Shown here piece after piece: positions 26,661-35,828 of a stretch of 64,000 bases of DNA (positions are counted from its first letter, which is position 1; each line of letters starts with the position of its first letter). The DNA is from a virus. The translations under genes and the position numbers were made by a program. Where the stretch lies: positions 219,740 through 283,739 of the IMG/VR virus record IMGVR_UViG_3300045974_000132; one strand, given 5' to 3'. The notes beneath the pieces were generated by a model. That model worked only from the letters and a program-made list of their open reading frames with translations. It was not told the DNA's origin and did not search any database.

Positions 26661-26717
26661 AAGTAAATGTGTATGAGGCTATTCGGCCTCTACTAGATTA
26701 ACTAAGTAGCAAAACGT

Positions 26718-27305
26718 TTGGAGACTGCAATGCTCAAATTGCCAGATTTTATTCCCTTCCCCAAAGATGCAAAGGTGCGATTTCTTGATGTACCCGAGAT
26801 ACCACAATTCAATATCCGTCCAGACCCAGAAGTTGCATCGCGCTTGGGCCTAGGTACCGACGCCCATTTTGATTACATCAAGCGTAATGCTTGCGAAGCG
26901 TGGGAGTCTTTAGCGGACTTGCACGTAAAAGTCTTGAACTGTGAGACTGTACCTGTTAGAGGGCGCCACTCGCATTCTGAAAACGAAACGGACGCAGAAC
27001 AACGGGCTCACTGTATGGGTTGTATCATTGAAAAGAAGCAAGCTGAAGGGCGTCCCGTTGTTCGCGTCCAGGTTATGGCACTTCGTGATGTGCAACCTGT
27101 CGAGCTTGTTGAAACACCTGTTGTTCCTCAGCAGCACAAAAAGAAACGCTGGATGTCCGAAACGTATCACAGACGAACGCAAAAGAAATGGAACAAGAAG
27201 GTTGCGGGTTTGACTGAGCTTCGGCCTAAGCAGGAGACAGTTATGATTTCAATGTCTCAGGCAGCGTTCAAAGCAATCTCCAATAAATTTGCAGGACAAT
27301 ACTAA
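26718..27305 (+). CDS. hypothetical protein
   Basis: 195-aa ORF; GGAG RBS. Confidence 0.45.
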   Translation: METAMLKLPDFIPFPKDAKVRFLDVPEIPQFNIRPDPEVASRLGLGTDAHFDYIKRNACEAWESLADLHVKVLNCETVPVRGRHSHSENETDAEQRAHCMGCIIEKKQAEGRPVVRVQVMALRDVQPVELVETPVVPQQHKKKRWMSETYHRRTQKKWNKKVAGLTELRPKQETVMISMSQAAFKAISNKFAGQY

Positions 27306-27306
27306 A

Positions 27307-27537
27307 ATGGCAACAATCGAAATCAACGACATGTCTGCTATGTCAATGGCCGCTCAGGTGTTTACTGAACTCAGCGATGAACAGTATGCAAAGCTGTACA
27401 ACCGAATTGTTCGTGAAGGCAAGTATCGTCGCAATCTCGATTTTGAAGCGTTGGTTAAAAAGACTCAACGCTCTTGGGGAGCAGAACCTGTGAAGCATTC
27501 AAAATCAGTGGATGCAGACGAAACTATGGGGCTTTAA
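27307..27537 (+). CDS. hypothetical protein
   Basis: second ATG of ORF 27289; avoids overlap. Confidence 0.35.
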   Translation: MATIEINDMSAMSMAAQVFTELSDEQYAKLYNRIVREGKYRRNLDFEALVKKTQRSWGAEPVKHSKSVDADETMGL

Positions 27538-27538
27538 C

Positions 27539-27769
27539 ATGGCTGATTCAAAATGTATTCTGCCCCACAAGGATGTTCATATAACGACATTCATTGCCAA
27601 CAACTTTTCTAACAGCGGTCTTATGCACAAGCCTGTTGTCGAGCTAGGCTTCACAAAGATGACAGATGGTACTTTCTGGTCAAGCTTGCAGTTAAATTCC
27701 AGGAAGGATGCTTTGACTCTTGCTAATGCAATCCTCGAAGCTGCTGAATTTTTACCGGAGAATTCATAA
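27539..27769 (+). CDS. hypothetical protein
   Basis: ATG 27539 immediately after upstream stop. Confidence 0.4.
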   Translation: MADSKCILPHKDVHITTFIANNFSNSGLMHKPVVELGFTKMTDGTFWSSLQLNSRKDALTLANAILEAAEFLPENS

Positions 27770-28320
27770 TGACGAAATTCAAACGAATCAAAGCAGGTGA
27801 ACTTGCGGCCATCTTGTTGCAGAACCCTGAGCAGTATGTAGTGGTCGAAGATCAAGAGTGCTGCCTTGTAGCTCATGATAGTATTGCTGTTACACAAGTA
27901 AACCATGAGCACCTAGGCCCTTGCGTGAATCTTATTGTTCTTCCACCGGCCGAACGCAAACCAAACTTTCAGTACCGTGCAGAAGAAGCTACACCTAAAG
28001 CTCAGTGCCTCAGTTTCACCGCCGGCGATGACAGTGAAAAGATTTTGACGCCGTACAAGTATCGCAGCCTACCTTGCACTAACTCAACGCATTCAGTTTG
28101 CGGTACTGACAAGCTAAGCGGCCAAGGGGTTCTTGAATGGTGCAGCACTCTTTTAGATGCTCAGATAATGTTTGACAGAATGTCTGAGTATGCTCAGTTT
28201 GAAAATCTTACAATTCGCTGTAATCTGGATACCAACATGGACGAAGAAGTCAAACAACAACCCGTACCTCCAGGCCATCATGTACGCTTAAGGTGGTCAT
28301 CACTGGGTGCAGGAAGTTGA
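27769..28320 (+). CDS. hypothetical protein
   Basis: 183-aa ORF. Confidence 0.45.
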   Translation: MTKFKRIKAGELAAILLQNPEQYVVVEDQECCLVAHDSIAVTQVNHEHLGPCVNLIVLPPAERKPNFQYRAEEATPKAQCLSFTAGDDSEKILTPYKYRSLPCTNSTHSVCGTDKLSGQGVLEWCSTLLDAQIMFDRMSEYAQFENLTIRCNLDTNMDEEVKQQPVPPGHHVRLRWSSLGAGS

Positions 28321-28612
28321 TTTCGATGGGCGTCTCGGTGAGACAATCGTTCTTCAGTGGGCTCCCGGTGTAAAGCGTTGGGTGCATTCTGGTAATCTTG
28401 CTACAGGCACTTACGTGAATATCGAAGGCTGGAAGTATGTTGCTGCGTGTCCTATGCCTCCCTTCGAGAAAGCAGAAGACCTGACTATCGAGGAGCTTTC
28501 AAGCATTGCTTTTACGGTGGGTGTTGAAGAACATGGCCCACTGACAAGGAACTGGAGCTTTGAACAAAAGCAGCTTCTTGCATTCGTCAAAGCTTTGACC
28601 AATCATGCCTAA
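28307..28612 (+). CDS. hypothetical protein
   Basis: 101-aa ORF. Confidence 0.35.
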   Translation: MQEVDFDGRLGETIVLQWAPGVKRWVHSGNLATGTYVNIEGWKYVAACPMPPFEKAEDLTIEELSSIAFTVGVEEHGPLTRNWSFEQKQLLAFVKALTNHA

Positions 28613-28817
28613 CTGCGACAACTGCGGGAGACCACATACGCGGAAACGGTTTTGCAGCAACAAGTGTAAAGATATTTATCACAATCGAAACAATCCTCGC
28701 GGTCTTGCTTTACAAAGAAACGATGAAGGTGAGAGTATCGAGCATGATGAACACACTGCTGCAATGGACGGGGCAACGACTGGTTGGGATGAAGGTGGCT
28801 GGTTGGGGGACGATTAA
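28605..28817 (+). CDS. small zinc-ribbon-like protein with acidic tail
   Basis: MPNCDNCGRPHTRKRFCSNKCK (CxxC...CxxxC). Confidence 0.4.
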   Translation: MPNCDNCGRPHTRKRFCSNKCKDIYHNRNNPRGLALQRNDEGESIEHDEHTAAMDGATTGWDEGGWLGDD

Positions 28818-29009
28818 GTCTGAGGAGTAACTGTGTTTAAAGTACATATAAAATATACGGACGCTAAAGGTAACATTCATTACTGCCCGTATGAAATTAG
28901 CGCAAAAACTCGGGAAGAAGCTGGAACAAAAGCTTTGGCAGCAGCTTCAAGAAATCGTCAGACCAATGCTTCTGTCCATTCGACTCGACAATTGTAGTAG
29001 GAGAAAATC

Positions 29010-29219
29010 GTGAACATGATTACGAAAGAAGAGGTAGAAGTGAAACGCTACAAGAACTCTGAAAAGGTTCCTGAGGTCGATGACGTAGTTGATACGGGCT
29101 ATGAAAAGCAAGTAGTTGGACAACTCGGTGGCTGCATGACGATGTTTCAGAATTGCACGTTCGGTAGCACGTTCGTTCTGACGCATCCCGAAGAATGTAC
29201 TTTGGTCAAAGGAGCCTAA
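29010..29219 (+). CDS. hypothetical protein (GTG start)
   Basis: AGGAG 8 nt upstream of GTG 29010. Confidence 0.4.
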   Translation: MNMITKEEVEVKRYKNSEKVPEVDDVVDTGYEKQVVGQLGGCMTMFQNCTFGSTFVLTHPEECTLVKGA

Positions 29220-29220
29220 C

Positions 29221-29652
29221 ATGGCTACGGTTAAGAAACCAATTAAAGAGCCTAGCATTCGCAATGCTGGCTACACGCTTACTTACAAGCAAATCGCTTT
29301 TGAAGATACGCGCTGCCACTTTCTAACTTCCAACTCTACAGAGGTTGCGCGTTTCAAGAAGGGTCAGTTCAGTATTGAATTCCTGACCGCTTTTACGTCT
29401 GCTCAATTGAAAGACTATGCAAAGCTTGTTGAGGCTTACGACAAGTGGCTTGATACTCAACCGAAGTATTCTCTTTCAAAGAAAGCTGCTACGATGGTCG
29501 ATAATGTCATCAAGGCGGCACGGGATCAGGCGTGGGCTGAAGAATCAAGCGGCGCTTCTGCTGTAGATAAAGCTGACAAGAAGTTGCAGTTTGTTTCTGT
29601 CTTACTTCATACCTATATCGCCGAACTGGAGCAGCGTCCATCATGTACGTAA
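29221..29652 (+). CDS. hypothetical protein
   Basis: 143-aa ORF. Confidence 0.45.
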   Translation: MATVKKPIKEPSIRNAGYTLTYKQIAFEDTRCHFLTSNSTEVARFKKGQFSIEFLTAFTSAQLKDYAKLVEAYDKWLDTQPKYSLSKKAATMVDNVIKAARDQAWAEESSGASAVDKADKKLQFVSVLLHTYIAELEQRPSCT

Positions 29653-29978
29653 CTATTAATCAAGCTGTAAATTTCTGGCATGAACTTGTCGGGTGTTATT
29701 ATTCAGACAACGGATTCGGCGGTGACACTGCTGAAATCTATATCCATACGATGATGGAGCACAGTAATAGCTACGCTCAAAAGATGGAAGGTAACTCTTC
29801 AGAAGAAGCTCGACGTAATGCTTGCCAAGCGATGTACAATCTGTGCAAGAAGTTTGAAGCACTGTACAACTGCAAGGTAGAGTTTGCAGACGGGGCTTCT
29901 ATTGAAGTTTTGAATCAGCAGCCCTTGTCGTGGCGCATACACCTTAAAGTAGTTCGTGGAGACCAAAATGGCTCATGA
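29643..29978 (+). CDS. hypothetical protein
   Basis: 111-aa ORF. Confidence 0.45.
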   Translation: MYVTINQAVNFWHELVGCYYSDNGFGGDTAEIYIHTMMEHSNSYAQKMEGNSSEEARRNACQAMYNLCKKFEALYNCKVEFADGASIEVLNQQPLSWRIHLKVVRGDQNGS

Positions 29979-30171
29979 GAAACTTAAAGAGATTTACAAA
30001 CAAGCTCGGTGCTTACGAATGTCGACCAATGACTTCGCATTGGAAGACTGGGAAATAAAATTCGCAGAAGCGATTGTACGTGATTGTGCTACCCTCGTAA
30101 ATAAAAATGACTTTGAAGGTAGCAAGCTCGGTGACTCACTTCTTTTTGAACACTTTGGACTCGGGAAATAA
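29956..30171 (+). CDS. hypothetical protein
   Basis: 71-aa ORF. Confidence 0.4.
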   Translation: METKMAHEKLKEIYKQARCLRMSTNDFALEDWEIKFAEAIVRDCATLVNKNDFEGSKLGDSLLFEHFGLGK

Positions 30172-30172
30172 A

Positions 30173-30553
30173 ATGCCGCTGGCTAAGAAAGAAGTCTATA
30201 TTGGGTATTGGAATAACAGCCATAATCAATACCCTCAGTTCGGGATGCCTGTCGATGTGGGATGTGACAATACTAAGGTTGTCAGCGAACTGGAAGCTGT
30301 GTTCGAGATACTTACTTGGTCTACCGCGCGAAAGGTTGACTACACAGTGGAAGCCTACCGCGGCCTGTCAGGGTGTCGTATATGTGGGATCATGAATGGT
30401 AATGAGGAACACGAAGTAACGTTGGGCGATACTAAGTACCTCATACCTAAGGGATACGTGCATTATCTGAAAGATCATCATATTGCGCCTGATCCTCAGC
30501 TACAAACGATGTTCAATGAAGTAAAACGACTCGTAGGCGAAGGCCACCGGTAG
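30173..30553 (+). CDS. hypothetical protein
   Basis: ATG 30173 overlapping upstream stop. Confidence 0.45.
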   Translation: MPLAKKEVYIGYWNNSHNQYPQFGMPVDVGCDNTKVVSELEAVFEILTWSTARKVDYTVEAYRGLSGCRICGIMNGNEEHEVTLGDTKYLIPKGYVHYLKDHHIAPDPQLQTMFNEVKRLVGEGHR

Positions 30554-30590
30554 TAACGTATCTACTACCTGTAACCAAAGATTACCAATT

Positions 30591-31250
30591 GTGGAGAATA
30601 AAATGTCTAAAAATTATCCTGTAGGTGTGTGGACTGCGGAAGGGGCTTCTGTCTTTCGCGTTCAGCACTCAGGCAGCTATCGTCGTGGCGAACCTATTAC
30701 TTCAAATGATTTCTACATGCGCGTTCAGCCTGGGTATCAAATGGCGACAGAGCAACAAGCTGAAGACTTGGCGAAGAAACTCGAAACACTTCTTCGCCTT
30801 GAAGACTACTCTGACAAGCTCGACTACAATCAAGCGCCTGGCCGTGTATTCACAATCTACAACGGCGATCATGGCCAGTACTGGAATCCAAGTTGCGAAG
30901 GCAAGGACGGTCATTGGTATGAAGATCAATACCTGAGCCGTCGTTACGCAGATCCCTTCGATGCTCTGTGCGAAGTGTTGCGTATGGTTCGCTACAGGAT
31001 AATCGAAAACTTTGAAGATGTTCGTATCGTTCCCCAAGACTCTGAGCATTTTAAGAATCCGCTCAACGTCGAAGGCAAACCGTTTGTTGTTCTCAAGGGC
31101 TTGAAAGAAGGTAATGTTTTCTTTACCTCGTCTAGCAAGGATGACAACCCTACGCTACTATATACAGGTGTTGTTGCCTACACTGTCTGTGAATACGTAG
31201 ATACGGTTGAAGAAGCACAGGCAGCAATTCCTAAGTATTATAGTCGTTAG
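30591..31250 (+). CDS. hypothetical protein
   Basis: 219-aa ORF; RBS ggagaataaaATG. Confidence 0.5.
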   Translation: MENKMSKNYPVGVWTAEGASVFRVQHSGSYRRGEPITSNDFYMRVQPGYQMATEQQAEDLAKKLETLLRLEDYSDKLDYNQAPGRVFTIYNGDHGQYWNPSCEGKDGHWYEDQYLSRRYADPFDALCEVLRMVRYRIIENFEDVRIVPQDSEHFKNPLNVEGKPFVVLKGLKEGNVFFTSSSKDDNPTLLYTGVVAYTVCEYVDTVEEAQAAIPKYYSR

Positions 31251-31285
31251 TCGTTGATCGTAATCGTTTCTTAAAGGGAGTAAAA

Positions 31286-31546
31286 ATGAAACTCGTAACA
31301 AAAGCTGTTTGTACCATTGTATTTACGCTAGTCGCAGGACTGCTGTATAAAGCACTGTTGCCCGTTGCGGCGGTGCTTGCAAATCCTGTGATCGTCAACC
31401 AACTTGAACATTCTGACGCGGCCTTCGTTGCAAGTCAGTATGTCGGCGACGGTAGCTCCTGGGCACGCATTGCTGTTCTGGTGTTCTACTTCTTAATCAT
31501 GGCTCTTATCTGGCTTGCAATCCCTACTAACAAAGGAACTAAGTAA
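31286..31546 (+). CDS. small two-helix membrane protein
   Basis: two hydrophobic segments (AVCTIVFTLVAGLLY; IAVLVFYFLIMALIWLAI); RBS AAAGGGAG. Confidence 0.45.
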   Translation: MKLVTKAVCTIVFTLVAGLLYKALLPVAAVLANPVIVNQLEHSDAAFVASQYVGDGSSWARIAVLVFYFLIMALIWLAIPTNKGTK

Positions 31547-31547
31547 C

Positions 31548-32507
31548 ATGAAACGCTTCAACTTTCTTCTTATCGCAGTTCTTGCCTTTAGCTTGGCTGC
31601 TTGCTCGAAACCAAAACCAGTCAGTGTTGTTGAAGAGATTGGCCCTAACGAAACTGCTTTCCTGATTGCGCTCGACGGTAACACTGTTGCCAATCAAAAG
31701 AAGTTTGACAGTGTTGAAGCACTCAATCAGCCTGAAGTAAAGGTTGCGGTTAAACGTGTCATCATCCCGCAAAAGGTAATCGACATTTGTCCTGATTGTT
31801 CGGATGGTGCCGATAAGAAGTGGCAAGTCGTCCCTACTGCCAAGCTGATTAAGATCAATCGCGCTATGGTCAGCCGGGAATGGACATCTTCAAAGGAAAA
31901 GGGAACTACTGCTCAGAATCAAGCTATCACAGTTGAAACAAATGAGTCTATCGACTTCGACCTTGGTGCAGTTATCACTGCTCAGATCGAGGAAGCAAAT
32001 GCTGCACTATTCCTTTATACGTACGGTGGCAAGCAGTTGGATGCTGTGATCGACAGTGACATCCGCAACTACGTAGCACAGTCCTTGAGTTCTTCGTTCG
32101 GCACGCACAATCTCGAACAGGGCCGGCATGATAAGATTCTGTACTTCCAAGCGGCTTTCACGGCTGCAAAAGAATTCTTCAAGACCAAGGGTATTACGAT
32201 ATTGACGTTCGGTTCTACTGAAGGTATGACGTACAAGGATGAATCAATCCAACGTGCGATCAACAAGAAGTTTGAAGCACAGATGGCCAATGAAGCGGCT
32301 GACGATATGGCAAAAGCAGCATCCAAGCTTGTGTCCAATCGTGACGCTGTGATTCTCCAGCAGAACTACGAAATCCGTAAGCAGGAAGTCGAGAACCAAA
32401 AGGCAGCTATTGCTAAGTGGAATGGGGTTGGGGCTACGGTCATGACTCAAGGTGGTACAGGCCAGATGTTCAACATCCCGGTCACTGTAAGCCCAGGTAG
32501 TAAATAA
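31548..32507 (+). CDS. lipoprotein, possibly SPFH/band-7-like
   Basis: MKRFNFLLIAVLAFSLAAC lipobox; C-terminal GITILTFGS...IQRAINKKFEAQMANEAADD reminiscent of SPFH core (weak). Confidence 0.5.
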   Translation: MKRFNFLLIAVLAFSLAACSKPKPVSVVEEIGPNETAFLIALDGNTVANQKKFDSVEALNQPEVKVAVKRVIIPQKVIDICPDCSDGADKKWQVVPTAKLIKINRAMVSREWTSSKEKGTTAQNQAITVETNESIDFDLGAVITAQIEEANAALFLYTYGGKQLDAVIDSDIRNYVAQSLSSSFGTHNLEQGRHDKILYFQAAFTAAKEFFKTKGITILTFGSTEGMTYKDESIQRAINKKFEAQMANEAADDMAKAASKLVSNRDAVILQQNYEIRKQEVENQKAAIAKWNGVGATVMTQGGTGQMFNIPVTVSPGSK

Positions 32508-32508
32508 A

Positions 32509-32519
32509 ACTGTAAATAA
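32509..32519 (+). promoter_or_regulatory. ACTGTAAATAA motif (candidate phage promoter)
   Basis: part of AAATAAAACTGTAAATAA overlapping the stop codon; same element at 40852-40871. Confidence 0.35.
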
Positions 32520-32533
32520 CAAGTAACTTATTA

Positions 32534-32554
32534 GGGGAGCTTTTGTCTCCCCTA
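32534..32554 (+). terminator. hairpin aggggag-cttttgt-ctcccct
   Basis: 7-bp perfect stem directly after gene end; no T-tract so weak as intrinsic terminator. Confidence 0.35.
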
Positions 32555-32571
32555 ACTCAACTTTATTATCA

Positions 32572-32583
32572 ATACGTCGAGGT
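32572..32583 (+). promoter_or_regulatory. conserved ATACGTCGAGGT element (copy 2)
   Basis: identical to 21222-21233; 8 nt upstream of ATG 32592. Confidence 0.35.
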
Positions 32584-32591
32584 ATATTAAA

Positions 32592-33077
32592 ATGGATCAA
32601 TATATGATTCGTTGGGCAAACAAAGTCCAAGGTGTAACCAAGGAAGAGTATCTTCGTATTCAATCGGAACAAGCTCTGCTGGATAGTGCAGAACCTGTTG
32701 ATTTCGATTCTTCTGACTTAGGAAACCTTTACAGCGGACAAGTTGTACGCAATGTACAACCCTCAGCACTTCCTACAGTGCTTGAAATGCCCTCAATCCC
32801 ACCCTACTCAAATCCTTTCCACTACGATCAGTTCAATATGGGCTGCGATCTTTGCGGCCCTTGGATGGCAATGTACTCATGCCATGCGGGCATCAAACAA
32901 GAACACAACAAAACCGAAGAGGATAAGCAAAGTTCATTTCCTGTATTCTATGCAGAACCTGAATACATCATCTTCGTCAATCAAAAAACGGGCCAACGCT
33001 TCCGTCTTGAATTTCCTTCAGTTATCGCAGCGCGTCAGCAAGAACTAGCTGCCCTTCGTATTTGCGACGAAGGTTGA
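32592..33077 (+). CDS. hypothetical protein
   Basis: 161-aa ORF. Confidence 0.45.
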   Translation: MDQYMIRWANKVQGVTKEEYLRIQSEQALLDSAEPVDFDSSDLGNLYSGQVVRNVQPSALPTVLEMPSIPPYSNPFHYDQFNMGCDLCGPWMAMYSCHAGIKQEHNKTEEDKQSSFPVFYAEPEYIIFVNQKTGQRFRLEFPSVIAARQQELAALRICDEG

Positions 33078-33083
33078 ACAGTC

Positions 33084-33410
33084 ATGGCCACTATCGAATT
33101 CATCGACGATCAATTTGATTCCGTTATTACACGTTCCGCTATAGTCCTATCTACCGATAGGCGTGTACAGATAATAGAGTACAGTGCTTCTCTATATTGC
33201 GTTTCAGTGCAAAGAGAAGGAAATATGCCTGACACAATTTGGCTGTCTGAAAAAGCTTTTATGATGATGGCCCTAGCTTTTAAAAAGCTCAATGACTTGC
33301 CTATGTACAAGCACGGGCAGTCTACTGTTAAAGAAGAATACTTTGACGGTGACTATGCAATACCCAGTGATCTACCAACTTGCAACACCCAAACGTCTTC
33401 TGGAGAATAA
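33084..33410 (+). CDS. hypothetical protein
   Basis: 108-aa ORF. Confidence 0.4.
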   Translation: MATIEFIDDQFDSVITRSAIVLSTDRRVQIIEYSASLYCVSVQREGNMPDTIWLSEKAFMMMALAFKKLNDLPMYKHGQSTVKEEYFDGDYAIPSDLPTCNTQTSSGE

Positions 33411-33414
33411 AATC

Positions 33415-34194
33415 ATGCGCTATGAAATCGGTCAAAAGATTCCTGTCATTTCCTTCATCGTCAAAGGTAAAATCTCAAATGGCGGAGGTGCATACTCTCG
33501 CAGTGCTGTACATTTCATGCCCTGGGATGAACAAGTTGAAAGTTCTGAAATCGTTTACCTGACTGTCGTTGAACATCACCGCGTGCCAAACTCTTACGAT
33601 CAGACGAATGAACCGACTTGCGATGGTTACATTCTGGAAACTGCTGAAGGTGAACGCTGGTTCAATCAATACCCGCGTGCTTCATATGGCCAGCTTAGTG
33701 ATGCGGCTGATCGTATGTTCCATCGTGAAAACTTTAAAGGGTCTAAGTACAGACAATACGTTTCTCTAGTCTCGTACATGGAAAACCTGCTTTGCGGTGA
33801 GAGCCAGCTTATTGCAGAAAAGCCTGAGCGCGCCAATATGCTTCGTACCCAATACGAAGAACTCAAATCGCGTTACGAAGAACTTACGGGCTACGTTATA
33901 GTCAGTCAACCGCTTGTGTTTGAACTGAATGACGGCACGAAAGATATTCTTCCTGGGTGGTTTACTATTACTGCTGACCTGCCTAGCGTTATCGGCAAGA
34001 AGTTGTATAAGGACTTCATCGAGACACTCGATCCCAAGGTGCCTGTTGCTATGCCTGCGTTCAATATCGGCCTTACTGCTTTCGTCGAAGCGCATACGGC
34101 GCATGTACTTGTGAAGGATGCTGCGTTCGATTTCAAGGATGAACAGATGCTGGCTGACTGCGATGGTCAGACGCCCCAACACTCTTCATGGTGA
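33415..34194 (+). CDS. hypothetical protein
   Basis: ATG 33415 with GGAG RBS right after upstream stop (track start 33292 overlaps). Confidence 0.45.
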   Translation: MRYEIGQKIPVISFIVKGKISNGGGAYSRSAVHFMPWDEQVESSEIVYLTVVEHHRVPNSYDQTNEPTCDGYILETAEGERWFNQYPRASYGQLSDAADRMFHRENFKGSKYRQYVSLVSYMENLLCGESQLIAEKPERANMLRTQYEELKSRYEELTGYVIVSQPLVFELNDGTKDILPGWFTITADLPSVIGKKLYKDFIETLDPKVPVAMPAFNIGLTAFVEAHTAHVLVKDAAFDFKDEQMLADCDGQTPQHSSW

Positions 34195-34199
34195 TCTAA

Positions 34200-34439
34200 A
34201 TGAAATACCTTCAGTTAGTGATAGCGTTGTCAGTTATCTGTTTGTTATCTTGTGCTAAAAAACCAGAAACCGGTACTGTAGAGCAGCCCGCGGCGTCTGC
34301 ACAAACGGTATTACTTCCGTCTGCTAAATACATAGTAGATGCTTCGAGCGGAACTGTTAGCAGGCATGTAGATGATGAATACGGAAACGTCTGCTATTTT
34401 TATGGAAACAGTATTAGTTGTGTTCCTATCAAGAGGTAG
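34200..34439 (+). CDS. small lipoprotein
   Basis: MKYLQLVIALSVICLLSCAKKP: signal + lipobox LLSC. Confidence 0.45.
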   Translation: MKYLQLVIALSVICLLSCAKKPETGTVEQPAASAQTVLLPSAKYIVDASSGTVSRHVDDEYGNVCYFYGNSISCVPIKR

Positions 34440-34443
34440 GGCT

Positions 34444-34662
34444 ATGAGTGCAGAAGAGTACGAAGCTAAAGCTGAGTCAAATGTCGAAGCTTTGATCTGG
34501 AACGGATGGGAAGTAAAACGCTGTAAGTGGAATACTTCTTTCTTTCAATGGCGTTCGCCTAGAGGCATATCAGGTAGCGAGTGGGTATCAAAGTTTCTGT
34601 ACGTCATTCCTAAGCCTGTTCTCGAAGATGCTGAACGATATTCGGAGTTGACTATATTATGA
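34444..34662 (+). CDS. hypothetical protein
   Basis: ATG 34444 with aagaggtagg RBS. Confidence 0.4.
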   Translation: MSAEEYEAKAESNVEALIWNGWEVKRCKWNTSFFQWRSPRGISGSEWVSKFLYVIPKPVLEDAERYSELTIL

Positions 34663-35126
34663 GCCTTGAATTCGTAGGCTACAGTTGTAAGGTCAAGTGC
34701 AACAAGCAAGAAATCGGTAGCGGCTTTTCAGAAGTAGGGCCATTATGCTCACCGACAGATGCTCTCCAACTTGCTTTGAACAATAAAGAAGTCAAGGAGA
34801 TGATCGAAAAGACCGACTCCCTTTATTGGACACGCTTCCTCGAGATTGAATTTAACACAGGTACTTCTATGCCTAGTCATAGGCAACCGGAACTACCCAA
34901 GATGTACAATTTGGAAAAAGATACCCTTGAGTATAATCGCCGTGTCGATGCGTTCATGCAAGACCTCAAGCGTATTTGTTTCAAGCATGGCCTTCAACTT
35001 GATCCTAGCAATGCAACCTTTGACGGGGAGCATGCTTTGATCGTCCGTGAGTTAAGCGGTATGTTTGATCGTAAGGTTATCTACGATCTTAGCAAAGAGG
35101 ATTGCCCCGATGCTCAATCTACATAG
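34659..35126 (+). CDS. hypothetical protein
   Basis: 155-aa ORF. Confidence 0.45.
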   Translation: MSLEFVGYSCKVKCNKQEIGSGFSEVGPLCSPTDALQLALNNKEVKEMIEKTDSLYWTRFLEIEFNTGTSMPSHRQPELPKMYNLEKDTLEYNRRVDAFMQDLKRICFKHGLQLDPSNATFDGEHALIVRELSGMFDRKVIYDLSKEDCPDAQST

Positions 35127-35505
35127 TTTGGTAAACTTTCAACCGCAGTATCGTTATCTTGTTCTTTGTGACCTTCTTGTCGCTTCTGTGCATTCTGTAT
35201 GTGAAGAACTTAAAGATACCGGACTGCTTGTCATGCCTGTATTAGGTTCTACTAGCGATGACGATCGGACTGAAGCTTTCGCAAAGTTTAAGCAAGGCAG
35301 CATACTTGTTTCTTCAAAGAGAATCCTACTATATGGTATTAAGTGGGATACAATTCCTGACGTTCAGGACATTATTGTACTCAACTTCAAAGCGACACAC
35401 GACGAAATAACACAAGCACGCTATCGCTTTCGGCCGACACCCGCTACCGTGATTGCTATCACACCTATGTCGCATATTGACAAGTTCTCCTCACTTTTAG
35501 GCTAA
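35110..35505 (+). CDS. standalone helicase C-terminal (HELICc)-like domain protein
   Basis: EAFAKFKQGSILVSSKRILLYGIKWDTIPDVQDIIVLNFKATHDEITQARYRFRP resembles SF2 motifs IV-VI; no Walker A/B domain adjacent. Confidence 0.4.
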   Translation: MLNLHSLVNFQPQYRYLVLCDLLVASVHSVCEELKDTGLLVMPVLGSTSDDDRTEAFAKFKQGSILVSSKRILLYGIKWDTIPDVQDIIVLNFKATHDEITQARYRFRPTPATVIAITPMSHIDKFSSLLG

Positions 35506-35507
35506 TC

Positions 35508-35828
35508 ATGAATGTACATGAAGAATGGGACTCCCTGAAGCTTCTGTACAGTGAGTTGCGTCCAACAGCTGGCGAACCTACAAGGCTTCAAGAAAAGTTG
35601 GCTTTTGCTAAACAAGAATTTCCTATAGACGCTATTGTTAAGGTTAAATACACTTCGTACAAGGGTGTCGTAACGGGCTACAACATGACTCTTGGTGGCT
35701 TCTATCCAGGTGAGCGCTATCCTGTATATGTAAAGATACTCGATGACGGTGAACTAGGTGGTGGGCTGCACAAAGTAGTCGGTGAAACTTTTGAATACAG
35801 TTGTGAATGTTTGGAGATTGAAAAATGA
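35508..35828 (+). CDS. hypothetical protein
   Basis: 106-aa ORF. Confidence 0.4.
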   Translation: MNVHEEWDSLKLLYSELRPTAGEPTRLQEKLAFAKQEFPIDAIVKVKYTSYKGVVTGYNMTLGGFYPGERYPVYVKILDDGELGGGLHKVVGETFEYSCECLEIEK

